Below, piece after piece: positions 35,156 through 48,521 of a DNA stretch of 64,000 bases. The stretch lies in contig CM052817.1 of NCBI GenBank assembly GCA_028534125.1, forward strand, positions 107,386,001-107,450,000, in the 5' to 3' direction. Made by a program: the position numbers and the translations under genes. The stretch is from Lama glama (taxonomy: Eukaryota). Under the pieces are notes generated by a model that worked only from the letters and a program-made list of their open reading frames with translations, made no database searches and was not told the origin of the DNA. Position 1 is the stretch's first letter. Each line of letters opens with the position of its first letter.

Positions 35156-37945
35156 TGTGTGTGTGTATTTAAAACATCTTTATCCTTTGATCTGTTGATG
35201 GGCACTCGGTTTGCTTTTATGTCTTGGCTATTGTAAATAATGACGCTATGAACAGTGGGGTACATGTATGTTTTTGAATTAGTGTTTTCATTTTCTTCAG
35301 ATATACACCTGGGAGTGGAATTTATGGGTCACATGGTGGTTCTGTTTATAATTTTTTGAGGAACTTCCATACTGTTTTCCACAGTGGCTGTACCAATTTA
35401 CATTCCCACCAGCAGTGTATGAGGGTTCCCTTTCTCCACAGCCTCACCAACACTTTTAATTTGTGTCCTTTCTGATGACAGCTATTCTGACAGATGTGAG
35501 GTGTACCTCATTGTAATTTTGATTTGCATTTCCCTGATGATGAGTGATGTTGAGCATCTTTTCATGTGCCTGTTGGCCATCTGTATGTCTTCTTTGGAAA
35601 AATGTCTATTCAGGTTTCTGCCCACTTTTTTAATCATGTTCTTTGTTTTTGTGATATTGAGTTGTAAGTACTCTTTATATATTCTATATATTAACCCCTT
35701 GTTGGTCATATCATTTGCAAATATTTTCTCCCATTCAGTAGGTTATGTTTTCATTTTGTTTATGGTTTCCTTTGCTGTGCAAAGGCTTTTAAGTTTAATT
35801 AGGCCTCATTTGTGTACTTTTGCTTTTGTTTCCTTTGCCTTAAGTTGCTGATCTGTTGATTTCAAAAGCATTTTAACACTCCTGCATTTTTCACTGTCCT
35901 CCCCCAACAACAATTGTTTTTGACATCACATTGTACATCTGTTTGTTTTGTGTATCCCTTAACCGCTAATTGTGCATATAAATAATTTTACTACTTTAAT
36001 ATTTCACTCTTCCCACTAGCTTTGTATGAGGTTGATTTACTACCTTTACTGTATATTTGCATTTACCAGGTTTTTCCTTTAGTGATTTTCACGTTTCTAG
36101 TTGGGTTGTGGCCTTTTCTTTTTTGCTTAGAGAATTTCCTTTAACATTTGTTGTAAAGCTGGCTTGATGGTACTGAACTCTTTTGGATTTTGCTTGTCTG
36201 TGAAACTTTTGAGCTCTCCTTCAAACGTGGATGAAAGCTTTGCCGGGTACAATAGTCTTGGTTGTAGGTTTTTCCCTTTGATCACTTTCAATATATACTG
36301 TGCCACTCCCTTCTGGCCTGTAGAGTTTCTGTTGAAAAATCAGCTGATAGTCTCATGGGAGTTCCCGTGAATGTTACTTTTACTTTTCCCTTGGTGCTTT
36401 TAATATTCTCTCCTTATCTTTAGTTTTCTCATTTTAATTACAGTGTGACTCTTTGGGTTGATCCTGTTTGGGACTCTCTGTGCTTCCTGGACCTAGATGT
36501 CTTGTTTCCCCCTAACCAGGTTAGGGATGTTTTCAGCTATTATGTCTTCAAATATGTTCTCCACCTCTCCTTCTGGGACCCCTGTAATGCAAATGTTAGT
36601 GCACTTGATGTTGTCCCAGAGGTTTCTTAAAATGTCCTCATTTCTTTTCATTCTTTTTTCTTTCTACTGTTCACCTTGGGTGATTTCCTTTACCCTGTCT
36701 TCCAGTTCACTGGTCCATTCCTCTGTATCATTTAGTCTATTGTTGATTTCTTCTAGTGTGTTTTTCATTTCAGTTATTGTAGTCTTCAGCTCTGTTTGGT
36801 TGTTCTTTATATTTTCTAATTTTTTAAAAACTTCTAATTCTTGCTCTGTGCATCCATTCTCCTCCTGAGTTCTTTGATCGTCTTTACAGTCAGTATCCTG
36901 ATCTCTTTCTCAGGTAGATTGCCTGTCTCCATTTCACTTAGTTCTTCTGGAGTTTTATCTTGTTCCTTCATTTGGAACATGTTCCTCTGTCACCTCGTTT
37001 TGCCTCATTTTCTGTTTTTATTTCCATGTACCTGGTAGGTTAGTTATGTTTCCCGACCCTGGAGAAGTGGTCACCAGAGCTGTGTGCTCTAGGGGCTCCC
37101 CCTGTGTGGGCTGCGTGGGATCCTGGGTCTAGTGCCTGCCTACTGGTGTGTGGGGCCAGGGTCGTGTCCAGGGTGGCTGTGGGTGCAGGAAGTCTGAAGG
37201 CAGACTCTGCTGGGTGAGGCTGTGTCTCCATACAGTTAGTTGCTTGGCCTGAGACGTCCTAGTCCTGGAGCCTACAGGGTGATGGGCAGGGGTAGGTCTG
37301 GGTCCTGATGCTGATAAACAGAAGGAAGACTCCACAATGGCACTTCCCAGCATCAGTGTCCACATGGTAGAACAAGCTCCTCAAAACCGCTGCCACCAGC
37401 ATCTGTGTCCTCAGGGTGAGCTTCAGTTGCCTCCTCCTCTCCTGGAGACTCTCCAAAATGAGCAGGTGGGTCTGACCCAGGCTCCTTTCAAATTACTGCT
37501 TCTGCCCTGGGTCTCGGTGCATGTGAGATTTTGTGTGTGCCCCTTAAGAGTGGAGTGTCTATTTCGCACAGCCCTCTGGAACTCCTGAAAGTAAGCCCTG
37601 ATGGCCTTCAAAGCCAAATGTTCTTGGAGCTTGTCTTCCTGGTACAGGACCCCTGACATGGAGCCCAATGTGGGGCTCAGACCCTCACTCTTTTGGGAGA
37701 ATCTGCAGTTATAATTATTCTCCTGTTTGTGGGTCGCCCACTTGGGAAGTGTAGGTCTTGACTGTATCGTGATTCTGCCCTTCCTACCTGTCTTCTTGTG
37801 GTTACTTCTTTCTGTCTTTAGTTGTAGAAGATCTTTTCTGGTAGGTTCTGTTCTTTTTCATTGCTGGTTGTTTTGCAGATGGTTGTGATTTAGGTGTGCT
37901 TGTGGAAGGAGGTGAGCTCAGGGTGTCTCTACTCTGCCATCTTGA
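34665..37945 (-). mobile_element. L1 with 5' UTR, ORF1 remnant and 3' end but most of ORF2 missing
   Basis: 5' start AAGATGGC near 37943 (minus); ORF1 remnant ~36100-37010; junction near 35850 to the ORF2 C-terminus ([31 protein letters not shown]) and 3' UTR. Confidence 0.85.
35118..35166. repeat. (TG)n microsatellite within the L1 3' UTR
   Basis: About 24 units with one TA interruption. Confidence 0.9.
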
Positions 37946-38898
37946 GAACTCCTTCACAGTTCCATTTGGACTAAGTCTAACTATTGATCTTGTATTATTA
38001 GAGTTATTTATCTTTTCTTAAATTTAACTTAGAACATGGTTTAATTCTGACAACAAAGACATAATAAAACTGGGAAAAAAATTTTTCAGTTGTGTTCTCC
38101 CTTTCTGTTTTTATTTAACAAACAGAAAGCATCTCAGTTTTTGAGTGACAATAAAAATAGTGTTTTCTTGTTTAAAACACATCCAAGAACTTAAATAATT
38201 TTATATTCCTCAATATTTCAATTCTCACATTCCACTACTTTTGCTTCCTTTAAAAATTAGTTACAAAGGAAACTGTCAATTGGTACATACAATTGAACCA
38301 TTTTTAATCAGTAAGTGATTCCATTGTGATTTCTAGTAAATCGTATAGAAAGATTTCCCCTAGGGTCACAATTTGATAGGCAGCTTGACACAGGCCAGGT
38401 TCACATAATTGTTGTTGCATTGGAAAGGACCTAACCTTTAATTTTTTAAGCAATGATATATGGTAGGAAAGAAATAAAACAAGCAAAAACCCCAAACTAT
38501 CAAAGTTGGGGGGGTCCCTTGTATGAATCATACACAGTCTTTCCGTGTCAGTTTCTTTAACAGTGAAAGGATGGATTTGGACTAGATGACCTCTAATTAC
38601 GTCATGCCTTGTTATTACCATCATTATATGTTATGGTGGAGCAGATGCTCATTGAGAAAAGAGCAACAGACTTCACTGTTGTGAGTCTGACTTGCTGTGG
38701 AATAAACACATGGAAACACTTCATCAGGTGAAGACAGTTTCATACAAAACTCTAACGATGTTAGCTGTCATGTTGGTTTTGGACCAGTGCTGCTTGAACT
38801 TGGCAATGAATCCTTCTTATAGAAAAAGAATTTCTCAGACTCCCTATGACACATTTTTGGAAACTAATAGGAGAAATAAATTGTTCTGGAGTCTAGAA

Positions 38899-39120
38899 AA
38901 CTGTATTCTCAATGCGATTGTTAGTATTCCAAGGGGGTGAAAATTGGTTCTTAGGGAGTGAAAAATAATCTTACTTTTTTAATGGATAAAGAACAGACAT
39001 ATGTAAATAGAAACATAGTATACACACAGTATTAATATATCACAGAGGGGGACAAATAAATGTCTGAAAAGGCTTGGGAAGGGGGGCAATATTGGTAAGA
39101 AAAAAGGCTAAGAAACGCTA
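38899..39120. mobile_element. Probable hAT-Charlie MITE remnant
   Basis: Flanked on both sides by NTCTAGAN (38891-38898, 39121-39128), the Charlie target preference; degenerate ttctcaa / taagaaa ends. Confidence 0.45.
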
Positions 39121-40029
39121 TTCTAGACTATGCATTCCAGTCGCTTAGTGATTTTTTAATAAATGAAGGTCAAAGTTTGATTAACTAGTAACCCTCTCTT
39201 GAAATGCCTGTTACCAGATGTTCTTTCATTCCTAATATTAGCGAACTGAAAATCCCTTTTTTCTGCTGATGAGTCTCAGTTGGCCTAGACCTTCAATTCT
39301 CCTTTATATCCAGTTTATATGTTTGTGTTGTATAAAGACAAACTGAAATATTTGAGTTTGATTTAAGGATGCTGATGTGCTCTCAGAAAAGTCCCATTCA
39401 TTCATTCATTCATTCATTTTCTCAACAAATGTGTTGAATGCCTTCCATTTGCATACTGGGAAAAAGGTAATATCCTTGCCCTTAAGAAGCTTATACTCTG
39501 TTTGGATGTCAGATAACATACTTTGTTTTGATTGTCAGAGCTATCTCTAGTTTTTATAAAGAAAGCTCTTATTATTGGATTATGTGCTTTTAGTGATTAA
39601 ATTCTAGGATCTACATGTTAGCTGTCACACAAAGCTAACATTTAGCAAGCTAGGCAATGTATGCATAATACTTTTACCCATTTGTCTCTTTTGTTCACTA
39701 GCATTTATATCAAATGTCTCAAAAATTATAGTTTTGAAAAATATTACTTGGATTATTGTCCTCTTTGATACTTTAGTACTTACTTACATATGAGTCAACT
39801 CGCTCATTTCTGGCATTTCCCTATGATAGTTCCTGCTCAAAAATATGGTACAAGCTGAGTAAAAAAAATGATATTTACTCTTACTATATTTTCTGTAAAG
39901 CCTAGAGTTCCATTTCTCTATGGAATTGAACAGAGACACTGATGGGAGTCAGTGTTCTGCAGATAAAGGTGGAAATGGATAACCTGGATCGAGCCCTTCA
40001 ACCCAAAGCACAAGAAAATGCTATTTTTC

Positions 40030-40290
40030 AACAAGAAATAAAGTGTAATAGACATAAACTCCTGAGCTTGAGTCCCGCTTCTCCAAATGCCTGTTGGAAA
40101 TTTCCCCTGAGTGACCATTAATCACCAAATGAAAAAACATCTAAATTGGAGTTCAAGTGCTCCCCACTGTCTGTCACCACGTCTCCCCCACCACTTTTAC
40201 TCAAGATGGAAACCTTGGAGTCATCTTCAGCCTTGCCTTCTCCCTGGCCTTTTGTAGCCAATCCTTCATGAAGATCTGAACCAGTTTTTT
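40030..40290 (+). mobile_element. L2 fragment
   Basis: ctcctgagcttgag...ccaaatgcctgttgga...aaaccttggagtcatctt resembles the L2 3' region. Confidence 0.5.
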
Positions 40291-41851
40291 TCTTTATACC
40301 AAGGGCTGTAAGCTCGTGGCCCACAGGCCTGTACACACCTCTCTGTGAATGTCTGTCTGCATGAATTTATGTGTCTGTACGTGTTGAGCCAGGACAGTTT
40401 TTAAAACTGGAATCAGAATGCCTTTAGGTAGGGCTTACACTCCCACCCTAGTCATCATCATCTCTACTTCCATTCCTCCAGTCCCCTCCCTCTCTTCCTT
40501 TCTTCCACAAAGGCGAATTAAATTGTTGAAGAATGGGTTCAAATCTTACTTGTGGGAAAATGAGAAATGCTACTATCAATGTATTCATGGATTTGGATTT
40601 TCTAGTAATCTGACACAAGCAATGTGGGTGGTAATGTTTTCTTCTTTGAAAACCAAATGAAATCCTCACACATTTTTATACCCAGCCATTCTAGTCAGTG
40701 TTTAGATCATGGAAACTCAGTGGTACCTCAGATTTTTGCAGGGGGAGGGGATTATTTTTTTCTAGTAGGACTAATTACTAAGAAAAAAAGCTGTGGTAAG
40801 TTGAGGGTAGGACAGAATGCCGTCTTAGTACAGGTGGGAGTCTCACCTCTGGAAAACAAGTTGTCATGGCTTAACCTGCCTGCTCTCCTCATCTCGTTAC
40901 CAAGTTGGGTAAGTCCCCCAGACTCTGCTAATTTGATGGTACCTATGTACAGGAACTGAGCTGAGACTCTTCCCCACCCCTTGTATGTGTTAAGCACGTG
41001 AGTTGCAGTGTTATGTGGTTTGAGTTGAAAAAAGGCAAGTCTTGCCAACATTTGTAGCCTTAAAGATCCCTCCTACTCTGTCCTCATATATACAAAAGTC
41101 AGAGCCATAAGACACTAAAACCTATGGAAGAAAACCAAAAACTCAGCAAAAATTGGACTAAAATGTTTGTCCTCTGCTAATGTCTTTTGAAAGTTTCAGC
41201 CAAATGTCTGTTTGTGTTGCTGAAGTTTGTTAAATTCAAATTAGTATTGGATCCATAAACTGCTTATTATGAGGATAATTTTCTCTTACATTCATACGTT
41301 TGAGTTACTTCAGGGAAAAACCAACATCAAATCTCGGAGTCAAAATGTGATTCAGAAGAGGCAGATTTTAAATGTGAAGTTCTGGAATATTTTATCCAAC
41401 TTGTTTTACTTGCTTCATATTTTTATTTATACATGAGTGTATTACAGTTTATTTCCGATAAAGTCAAAAACTTTTCACTTTTGACACTTTTCCAATAAGT
41501 GTCAATTCTTGTAACAAGAAAGCTCCATATGATAGTTTGATTGGTAGCCTTTTTTCTTTAGTAGCACATACATTCGATTGCATCTTTTGTTTAGATGAAA
41601 TATGGTGGTACTAAATACTCTGTAAGATTGTTATGAGGAACTAAACAAGCAAATGTATAGAATAATTTAGAGTAGGATCTATCTTTTAATAAACGCAAAT
41701 AAATGTCAGCAATCATTATAGTTGACCAAGGAACAATGATACCATCTTTGAATGACAGTGCATTGGTAACAATGACAATTAAGCCTTAGTTACAACACAT
41801 TTTACAGGTGCTGTTCTGGCAGTCAGGGTGAAGCCATTCTTTTCTACTTAC

Positions 41852-41957
41852 ATCAAAGTCACGTTCGAAGAAACTGACGGAACAGCTCGTAAATTGGTCT
41901 CATCACAGTTAAGCTCTAAACCTCGGCAAAGACATTGCCCGGGCACAGAACCGACCA
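41852..41957 (-). CDS. RXFP1: RXFP1 exon 4 (LRR N-cap), 106 nt
   Basis: (L)VGSVPGQCLCRGLELNCDETNLRAVPSVSSNVTL(M); ttcag / gtaagt boundaries. Confidence 0.95.
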
Positions 41958-44900
41958 CTGAATAAAGAGGACGTAGTGAGGAATGGGGATACCGAGGGAC
42001 CAGGAACAGGAAGGTAATGAAAAGAAAGAAACGAAAAGCTATGAGAAAATTATATACAAAAGTGGGTCACGTAATGTAAGCCATTTAATGTAAGCCATTT
42101 GCGCAAAGCTTTAAATTAAGGTTCCGGGGTTTTGCTTTTAATTTAACATTAAAATGATGCTAGAACTCTAAGATAAGGAAACATACACAGTTACCAGTTC
42201 ATGCATTTTTTTTTTAATAGCTACCTGCTCTTCTCCAGTTGGTGCAAAATAATGAATGACGTCATCCTTTCTGACTTGTCCTCGGAGAGTAGCTGTGCCC
42301 AAGGTGACATGACAGTGTGTGATGGGCTTTGTTGTTCATGTTAAAGCTGCTGCTTAAGAATAAATACTTAAGAACAGCTTTAATGGAGGACTAAGCCATT
42401 TTTAATTAGCAAGAAAGGGAACTAAACTCTGAACTCATAGTGCTGGTAGAATTTTTTTTTTTTGGAAAACTCAGGAGTTCTTTAAAAGATTTTTAGTGAT
42501 CTGCTTTGGCTTCTGCAGGGATGTAGAGATGTCCACAGCTTCACTTATGGAAGCAAATACTTTTTATGCTGAGCCCTTCTGTTCTCGCTGGTGGGTGTTG
42601 GAAAAAGAGGGACATTAGGACGCATGCTTTGGCAGTCTCGTGGGGCTATCATGATAGTCTTAAAAGATGTGATCTGATATTTCTAAAGTCTGTTAGAGAC
42701 TTGCAGCGGTGTGTTCATACAGCTAAACAGTGAGGTGGGATTATTATTCAGTGTGATGGACCGTCTGATTCCTGACTTGACGGGACTGGACCTTTACTGC
42801 AAGCGATGAGGTGTACCTTCCTTCTGCTTTTACCTGCAAGCCCTGCGCTTCACGCAGGGGCTACAGACTCGGATGTCTACAGGGGCAGGCAAAGCAGGCG
42901 TCAGCTGTGTCCAGATGACCCGTGGAACAGCTTCTCCTGACCATGGCCATGTGTGGCCAAGTCAACCAACATCCTCAAAGCAGCCAGAAAGACAATGCTT
43001 TGTATGTAATTACCTACTTAAAAATAAGAATAGCTAACTAAAGCATTGTCACTGCCAAGAAGAGATTCCGGTGACAAAGCTGGTGGGTGGTGGTAGTGAG
43101 CACCTTGGCACCAGCTTTGGACACAGTGACGTGACCCTTTGCTCAGATCTGAGGCCACAGATGTTTTTCCTCTCCTCCGAAATAACTCTGCAGACTCCTT
43201 ACGGGACCATGAGAGCGCAAGAACACAACCGGGGTTTTCTGTGTTTTGTAAACAGAGGCTCTGCCAAGAACTTTTAAACAGTTTTATGGTTGTAAGTGAC
43301 CATTTTGGCAAGGATCGCTGAAAGCTATTCTGTCTCTCTTGGTGAAGTCATGTGCTGATGTGACTGTTGTGGGGAAGAAAAGGGGAGGGTTGGCAAGGAA
43401 GATGAAGGTCCTGTGAGGGACAGTAAGAGGGCAGTGAAGTCAACATTAATTCCGGTGTGTTTTTCCTACTTCTATAGACTGAGTTGAGATAACCCACACA
43501 TGTGGATTATGGGGTTACTTGTGACGGGGAAAAATGAACAAGATAACACCTACATACCCAACAACAAAACAAGGATGAAGCAAATTATGCCCCTTAAAAT
43601 ATGTATGGTATTTTGAAAGGTTTGTAATAATATGGATACCTGATTATGCCAAAATGCTAACTGAAAATATGATAAAAATGGATGACACAGAAAATTGCAA
43701 CTGTGTTGAAATTTTAAAAAAGATGATGAATGCACCAGTAAGTTAATGCTGGTAGCTTTTAAGAGGTGAAATTACAGCTGAGTAAAGAATTCTTGACAAG
43801 TCTCTGTGCTTTCCAAACTCCTCACATTTAGAGTGTATTAATGTATTCGTTAATGATGGATATGTTTTCCATGATAACTGTTCTTGGGAAGTGACTTTAT
43901 AAATGTGAATTCCATTCATTCTTTCATTCAGTCAAAAGTTATTGGAAGCCGTTCTCACTTTAATTTCCAATAAGTCCTTATGATAATCTGATTTAAATAA
44001 AGTGATACAATAGGAACCTTAATTTAAGTTTCACTCTCCCAATTTCACACTAGTCTTTCCATTTTTACACTGCTTTTAAGCTTGAAAACAGACATTTAAT
44101 TATTCATTACCACCCCCCAATCTGTCTTGAAAGAACTGTAATTAGAATTAGATATTTGTTCATTACAAAAAATTGTTTAAAAAATTGCGTTTGTAATTTT
44201 TGAACCATCATTTTTGGTGCAACTGTATTCTGACGTACGTATACTTAGGACTCACTTCTCCCAGAGTTCAGGATCGGGCAAAAATTTATTTCTCTTGCTC
44301 ACTTGATCCATTTCCCCCCCTTTTGTTTGTTTTTGCTTTGCAAACCGGACTATGAAAGCTATGTAACCCATTATTTTCCCTCTTTGACCTTATTCCTCAT
44401 TACTCTTCCCTTTCACCATGGAATTTTTGTCTTTTACGTCACGTTAATAGTTTAAGCCTGTTAGTAGCCATATTTTTATCGTAAACTGCCTAACAGCCTT
44501 TTGGGAATAGGTGAAATATAAAAATATTTTATTGAATTTTAAGAAATGAAAAGGATATACAAAAAATAAGAGAGAAAGTGAAAACTACATTTTGAGATAA
44601 AATGGTTTAGTCCCTTAGTTTTTTGCATTATATTAGTAGTTAAATTATACCTGGTAACTTTTTCCTTTCTCAAAAGCTCTTAGCTTTTTAATGATCAAGT
44701 AATTTGTTCTTCAGATTTTGACAATAAGACAGCGTGAGGTTGAGACAGATCACTGAGTAATCTGAGAGACTCGCAAGAGGGACGTATACCCCCTTAAGTT
44801 GGGGAGTGCTCCACTTTTTATTAGTCTCATTTGAGTAGAGAGGACAAAAGCTAATAAAAGTATTTTTAAAAAGCTATACTTTACGATTTGTGGTGGAACA

Positions 44901-45543
44901 TAAAGGGAAAAATATAGTAAAGGATTCTTTCCCCCAACCCCCGCTAGTGTTAAAATTACAGCTTCAAGACACGCACTTACATTTGAATACTTTATTAAAA
45001 TGGACAAAATTTATTTAAGAGGAGTAATTTATATAAATCTTCCTGATCTAAAATATTATACTCTCCCACTTCCCCCCAGGGTTTTTGTAAATTTTTGGTA
45101 TATGTCTAAACATAGTAGGTTACAATTAAGAAGGCTTTTTGGTAGCTCTGAAGTACGGTTTAGACCCCAGAAGCTTTTTCACTTACAAACATTAAAATCC
45201 AAGCAGCTTCTCTGATCTTCTATTTTCAGTTTTCTTTATGTCAGAGTTTCTTTTAAATCAGTGTTTCTAGTGATTGTGAAAAAGGCCCTGCAAAATAACA
45301 ATGCTGACTGCTGACATTAATTGTTTTCACAACAATACCTGGCATGATTTATTACTTTTATAATTATGATCCCTGAATGATTTTTAAATAAAATTCTCAA
45401 ATTGAGGCTGCATTTCTAATAGAAAATTATAATTTTGCAAATAGAAAACTATAATTTTTTTTAATGTTGGATCTAACTTTGAAGAACATGGTGTCTTACA
45501 ATGAACTCAGAGGCAAGGACTCTCAGCCCCTCTGGTTACTTAC

Positions 45544-45648
45544 GGCATTCAGATGTTCTTGCCTCAAAGGGGTACGGGGATGTCGTAATAATTTTGTAGT
45601 AATTGGCAAAATATTTGTCAAGTTGCGCAGACCATCCATTGTTGTCTC
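45544..45648 (-). CDS. RXFP1: Relaxin receptor 1 exon 3 (LDLa-LRR linker), 105 nt
   Basis: ttttag|GA GAC AAC AAT GGA TGG...GAA TGC C|gtaagt = GDNNGWSAQLDKYFANYYKIITTSPYPFEARTSEC, with the GDxxGW motif. Confidence 0.95.
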
Positions 45649-46113
45649 CTAAAATAAAATCAGAGAGCAGAAAAGTTGAAGAAAACAGAAATATTCTGGG
45701 GTGTTGGGGAAAATAGGTCCCCCTTAAAATAGGTGATGGGCCAACTTAGAGAGGGAAACATCACCTGGGGGCTTGTCAACACTGTGAGTTGCTGGCCCCC
45801 ACCTGGAGTTGCTGATTTCATAGATCTGAGATGGAGCTCCTCGTCTCCATTTTTAACAGGCACTGTACGGGATTCTTCAGCAAGTGTTCCAACCAGATTT
45901 CAACAAACAGCACTTTAGATGTACTGAGACCCAGCGCACTGTTCTTAGCCTATTAATTACGGTTAATTGTCTTCAATTGTTTAACCTGATATTGGAGATA
46001 TATTAACGTGGATAGATAAATGGCCATGATTGTTAAATAGGAAAAGAAAAAAAGAATAACATGACTGGCAGCATCTCATTCTTCTTTTCTTTTTTTCAAA
46101 GGCATGGTGGTAT

Positions 46114-46656
46114 TGCTAGGTAGTTAGATAAGTGGGGGCACTGGGCAGACAGGTGGAGGAGAGAGAGAATGGTCCAGGCGATGGCATGGTGCCCACCTCC
46201 AGCATAAGGGGACTTTACTTCGTCTAAACGAGTGCCAGCAAGAAACTGGTTAGAACCCGACAGCTGTGACTGCGCGGCAGTGACAAGGACCTAACCGGAC
46301 ATGACCCAGTGCTCATTCTATTATAATTAACACTGCCGTTGAGCCCCACCATGGGTTTCTCTGTGTGCCTCGTGGATAAGGAAATGCGCAAAGCGGGACA
46401 AACATGACTGAGCACTCCAGGGGCAAGAGCTGTCAATCAATCAAGAGACCACCTCTGAGCAAGGGTGTAAGGGAAAGGGGACCAGACAGACTGCCTCTTT
46501 CCCTCCCTTGGATCAGCCGCCTCCTGTTCTTGGAGGTGCACCTTTCCTTTTCCTAAATAAATCCTTTGCTACACAATGCACTCTGTCTTCTGTCTGTAGT
46601 CTTGTCTTTCAGGTGAGACAATGACTGGGGTCTTTTCTTCACCTTTTGGGGTAACA
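46114..46656 (+). mobile_element. Solo LTR (543 bp)
   Basis: TG...CA termini, perfect 4-bp TSD GTAT (46110-46113, 46657-46660), AATAAA near 46556. Confidence 0.82.
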
Positions 46657-48273
46657 GTATCACAGATCGCATTGAGTGTTTATCCTCTGAGCCCTTACGG
46701 ATTTTCTCATCTATATTTTCTGATTTTGATATTAAACTCTTGTATAATTTTTTTAAAATAAAATCAAACAAATAATAGTAAAAGTCTTCACTGAGTTGGG
46801 GGAGAAAAGAAATTTTTTCCTCACAAAATTCCTCATGACCTTTTCAGTTATTTTTAAACATGAGACCATGAAGCCATTCATGTGGTGGAGTGGACAGTGA
46901 ATGGGGAGGCAGGACCAACTTCCCTGTATCATCTACAGATGGCATAAGCCTTCATCCCCCTGCGGTGTGGGGGGCGAGTTTGAACATGACCCTTTCCAGA
47001 GGTTCCAAAACTTTTTCAGATTGCTGCTAAGACTCTTTAAGGATGCATAAATATATAAACAGATGATAGAAATGATTAAAGTTTATCCTTCTTCCATAAC
47101 AGTATTAAATCTAGCATTGATTTTATGAGTTGTTTCTGCACATATGTATAATTCAAGCCTGAGACTGAGACCAGGTATGAAAATTTTGTTCAGTTTGCTT
47201 GGATTTGGTGAACTTGACTTAATCATATCCATGGTTTTAATTCTTATCAAAGGACTTCAAAATTATGTTTTTAGCCTGCACTGTATCTACTGTGTAACAT
47301 GAGATCAGTTCACGTGTTGCGTTGGTTGGGGCAGCTGGGCCAGTGATGGTGTGGGCAGCCGTCAGTCTCTGGATGGGAGCCCTGGTGCTGAGTTCCTGGG
47401 TCCCCTGGTACCAGTGGCTGCGGCCCACCCCTCCAGCCCCTCTGAGAATTTTCTAAGTATCTAGTTTCTGTTTAACAGACCTAGAGTGAGTTCTCTTTCT
47501 TGAATTCAACCCTGATAGATATAGAGACTGACTGAATTGTTGAATTAAAATGTTGTTTAAGTGTGACTGGATTTTTAGTTAGTTTTCAGAGCCCAGGTGG
47601 AGTCTCATGATTTAGAACAAGGCAGTGTATTTTTTTTCCTGAACCCACGAGCGTGAGTGTAATTTAGTTCCGTGGTCTCACTGCGGTAACATGGGTGATG
47701 CTTTCCCGAATTTTCCCCCATTTCCAAGTGGATTCTGGGAGTGGGGTCCATGTAGACCGCTCAGCTCTCCTGGGCTCTAGAAACACCTCTTTGTTTCCTT
47801 GGTTGTCAAGTTTGAAGTTTACAGCGTTTGGATTGTCCTCTTTTCCTGGGTTGGCTGAGTTTGTTGACTTTTAGGGAAGTTTTTACTTTTAAAAACTTAG
47901 TTCATATCTTTAGATACAAGAAAGGAAAATTCTAGGAGAGACTTAAATTCCCCCGTTTTAATGGAGAATTTGAATATTAGCACTTAGCGCTGAAAGGACT
48001 AATATTCAGCAAGTACCTGTGTTATTACTTTATTTTATCCTCATAGTAACTCTATTTGGTCATTATTGTCAACTCTACTTACAGGTTGAAAAACCCGATT
48101 CTGAGACATTTAAGTGATTTGACTAAGAATCAGGATTATTAAAAATACCTGAAAATTAAAATAAAATTATTTAAATCTTTTATAGGCCCCAAAGATTATT
48201 TAATCAGTTTATATTCTGCCTATACAATTCCAACTTTTATGTGACACTGCCTTTAAATATTTAGCTGTTACTG

Positions 48274-48521
48274 GGAGGGATAAATTAGGAGTTTGGGATT
48301 AACATATACACACTACTGTATATAAAATATATAAACAACAAGGACCTAATGTATAGTACAGGAAACTATATTCAATATCTTATTCTCTAATGGAAAAGAA
48401 TCTGAAAAATAATATATATATATATATATATATACACGTATAACTGAATCACTATGCTGTATACCAGAAACTAACACAACACTGTAAAGCAACTATACTT
48501 CAATTAAAAAATTTAAAAAAC
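48274..48521 (+). mobile_element. L1 3' end with (TA)n and TSD
   Basis: ggagggataaattaggagtttggg...aactatacttcaattaaaaa; TSD atttagctRttactg (48259-48273, 48522-48536). Confidence 0.88.

Noticed and set aside
42072..42100. 14-bp tandem duplication taatgtaagccatt; similar micro-duplications near 15040-15080 and 55391-55422
   Set aside because: Ordinary slippage products with no sign of function.
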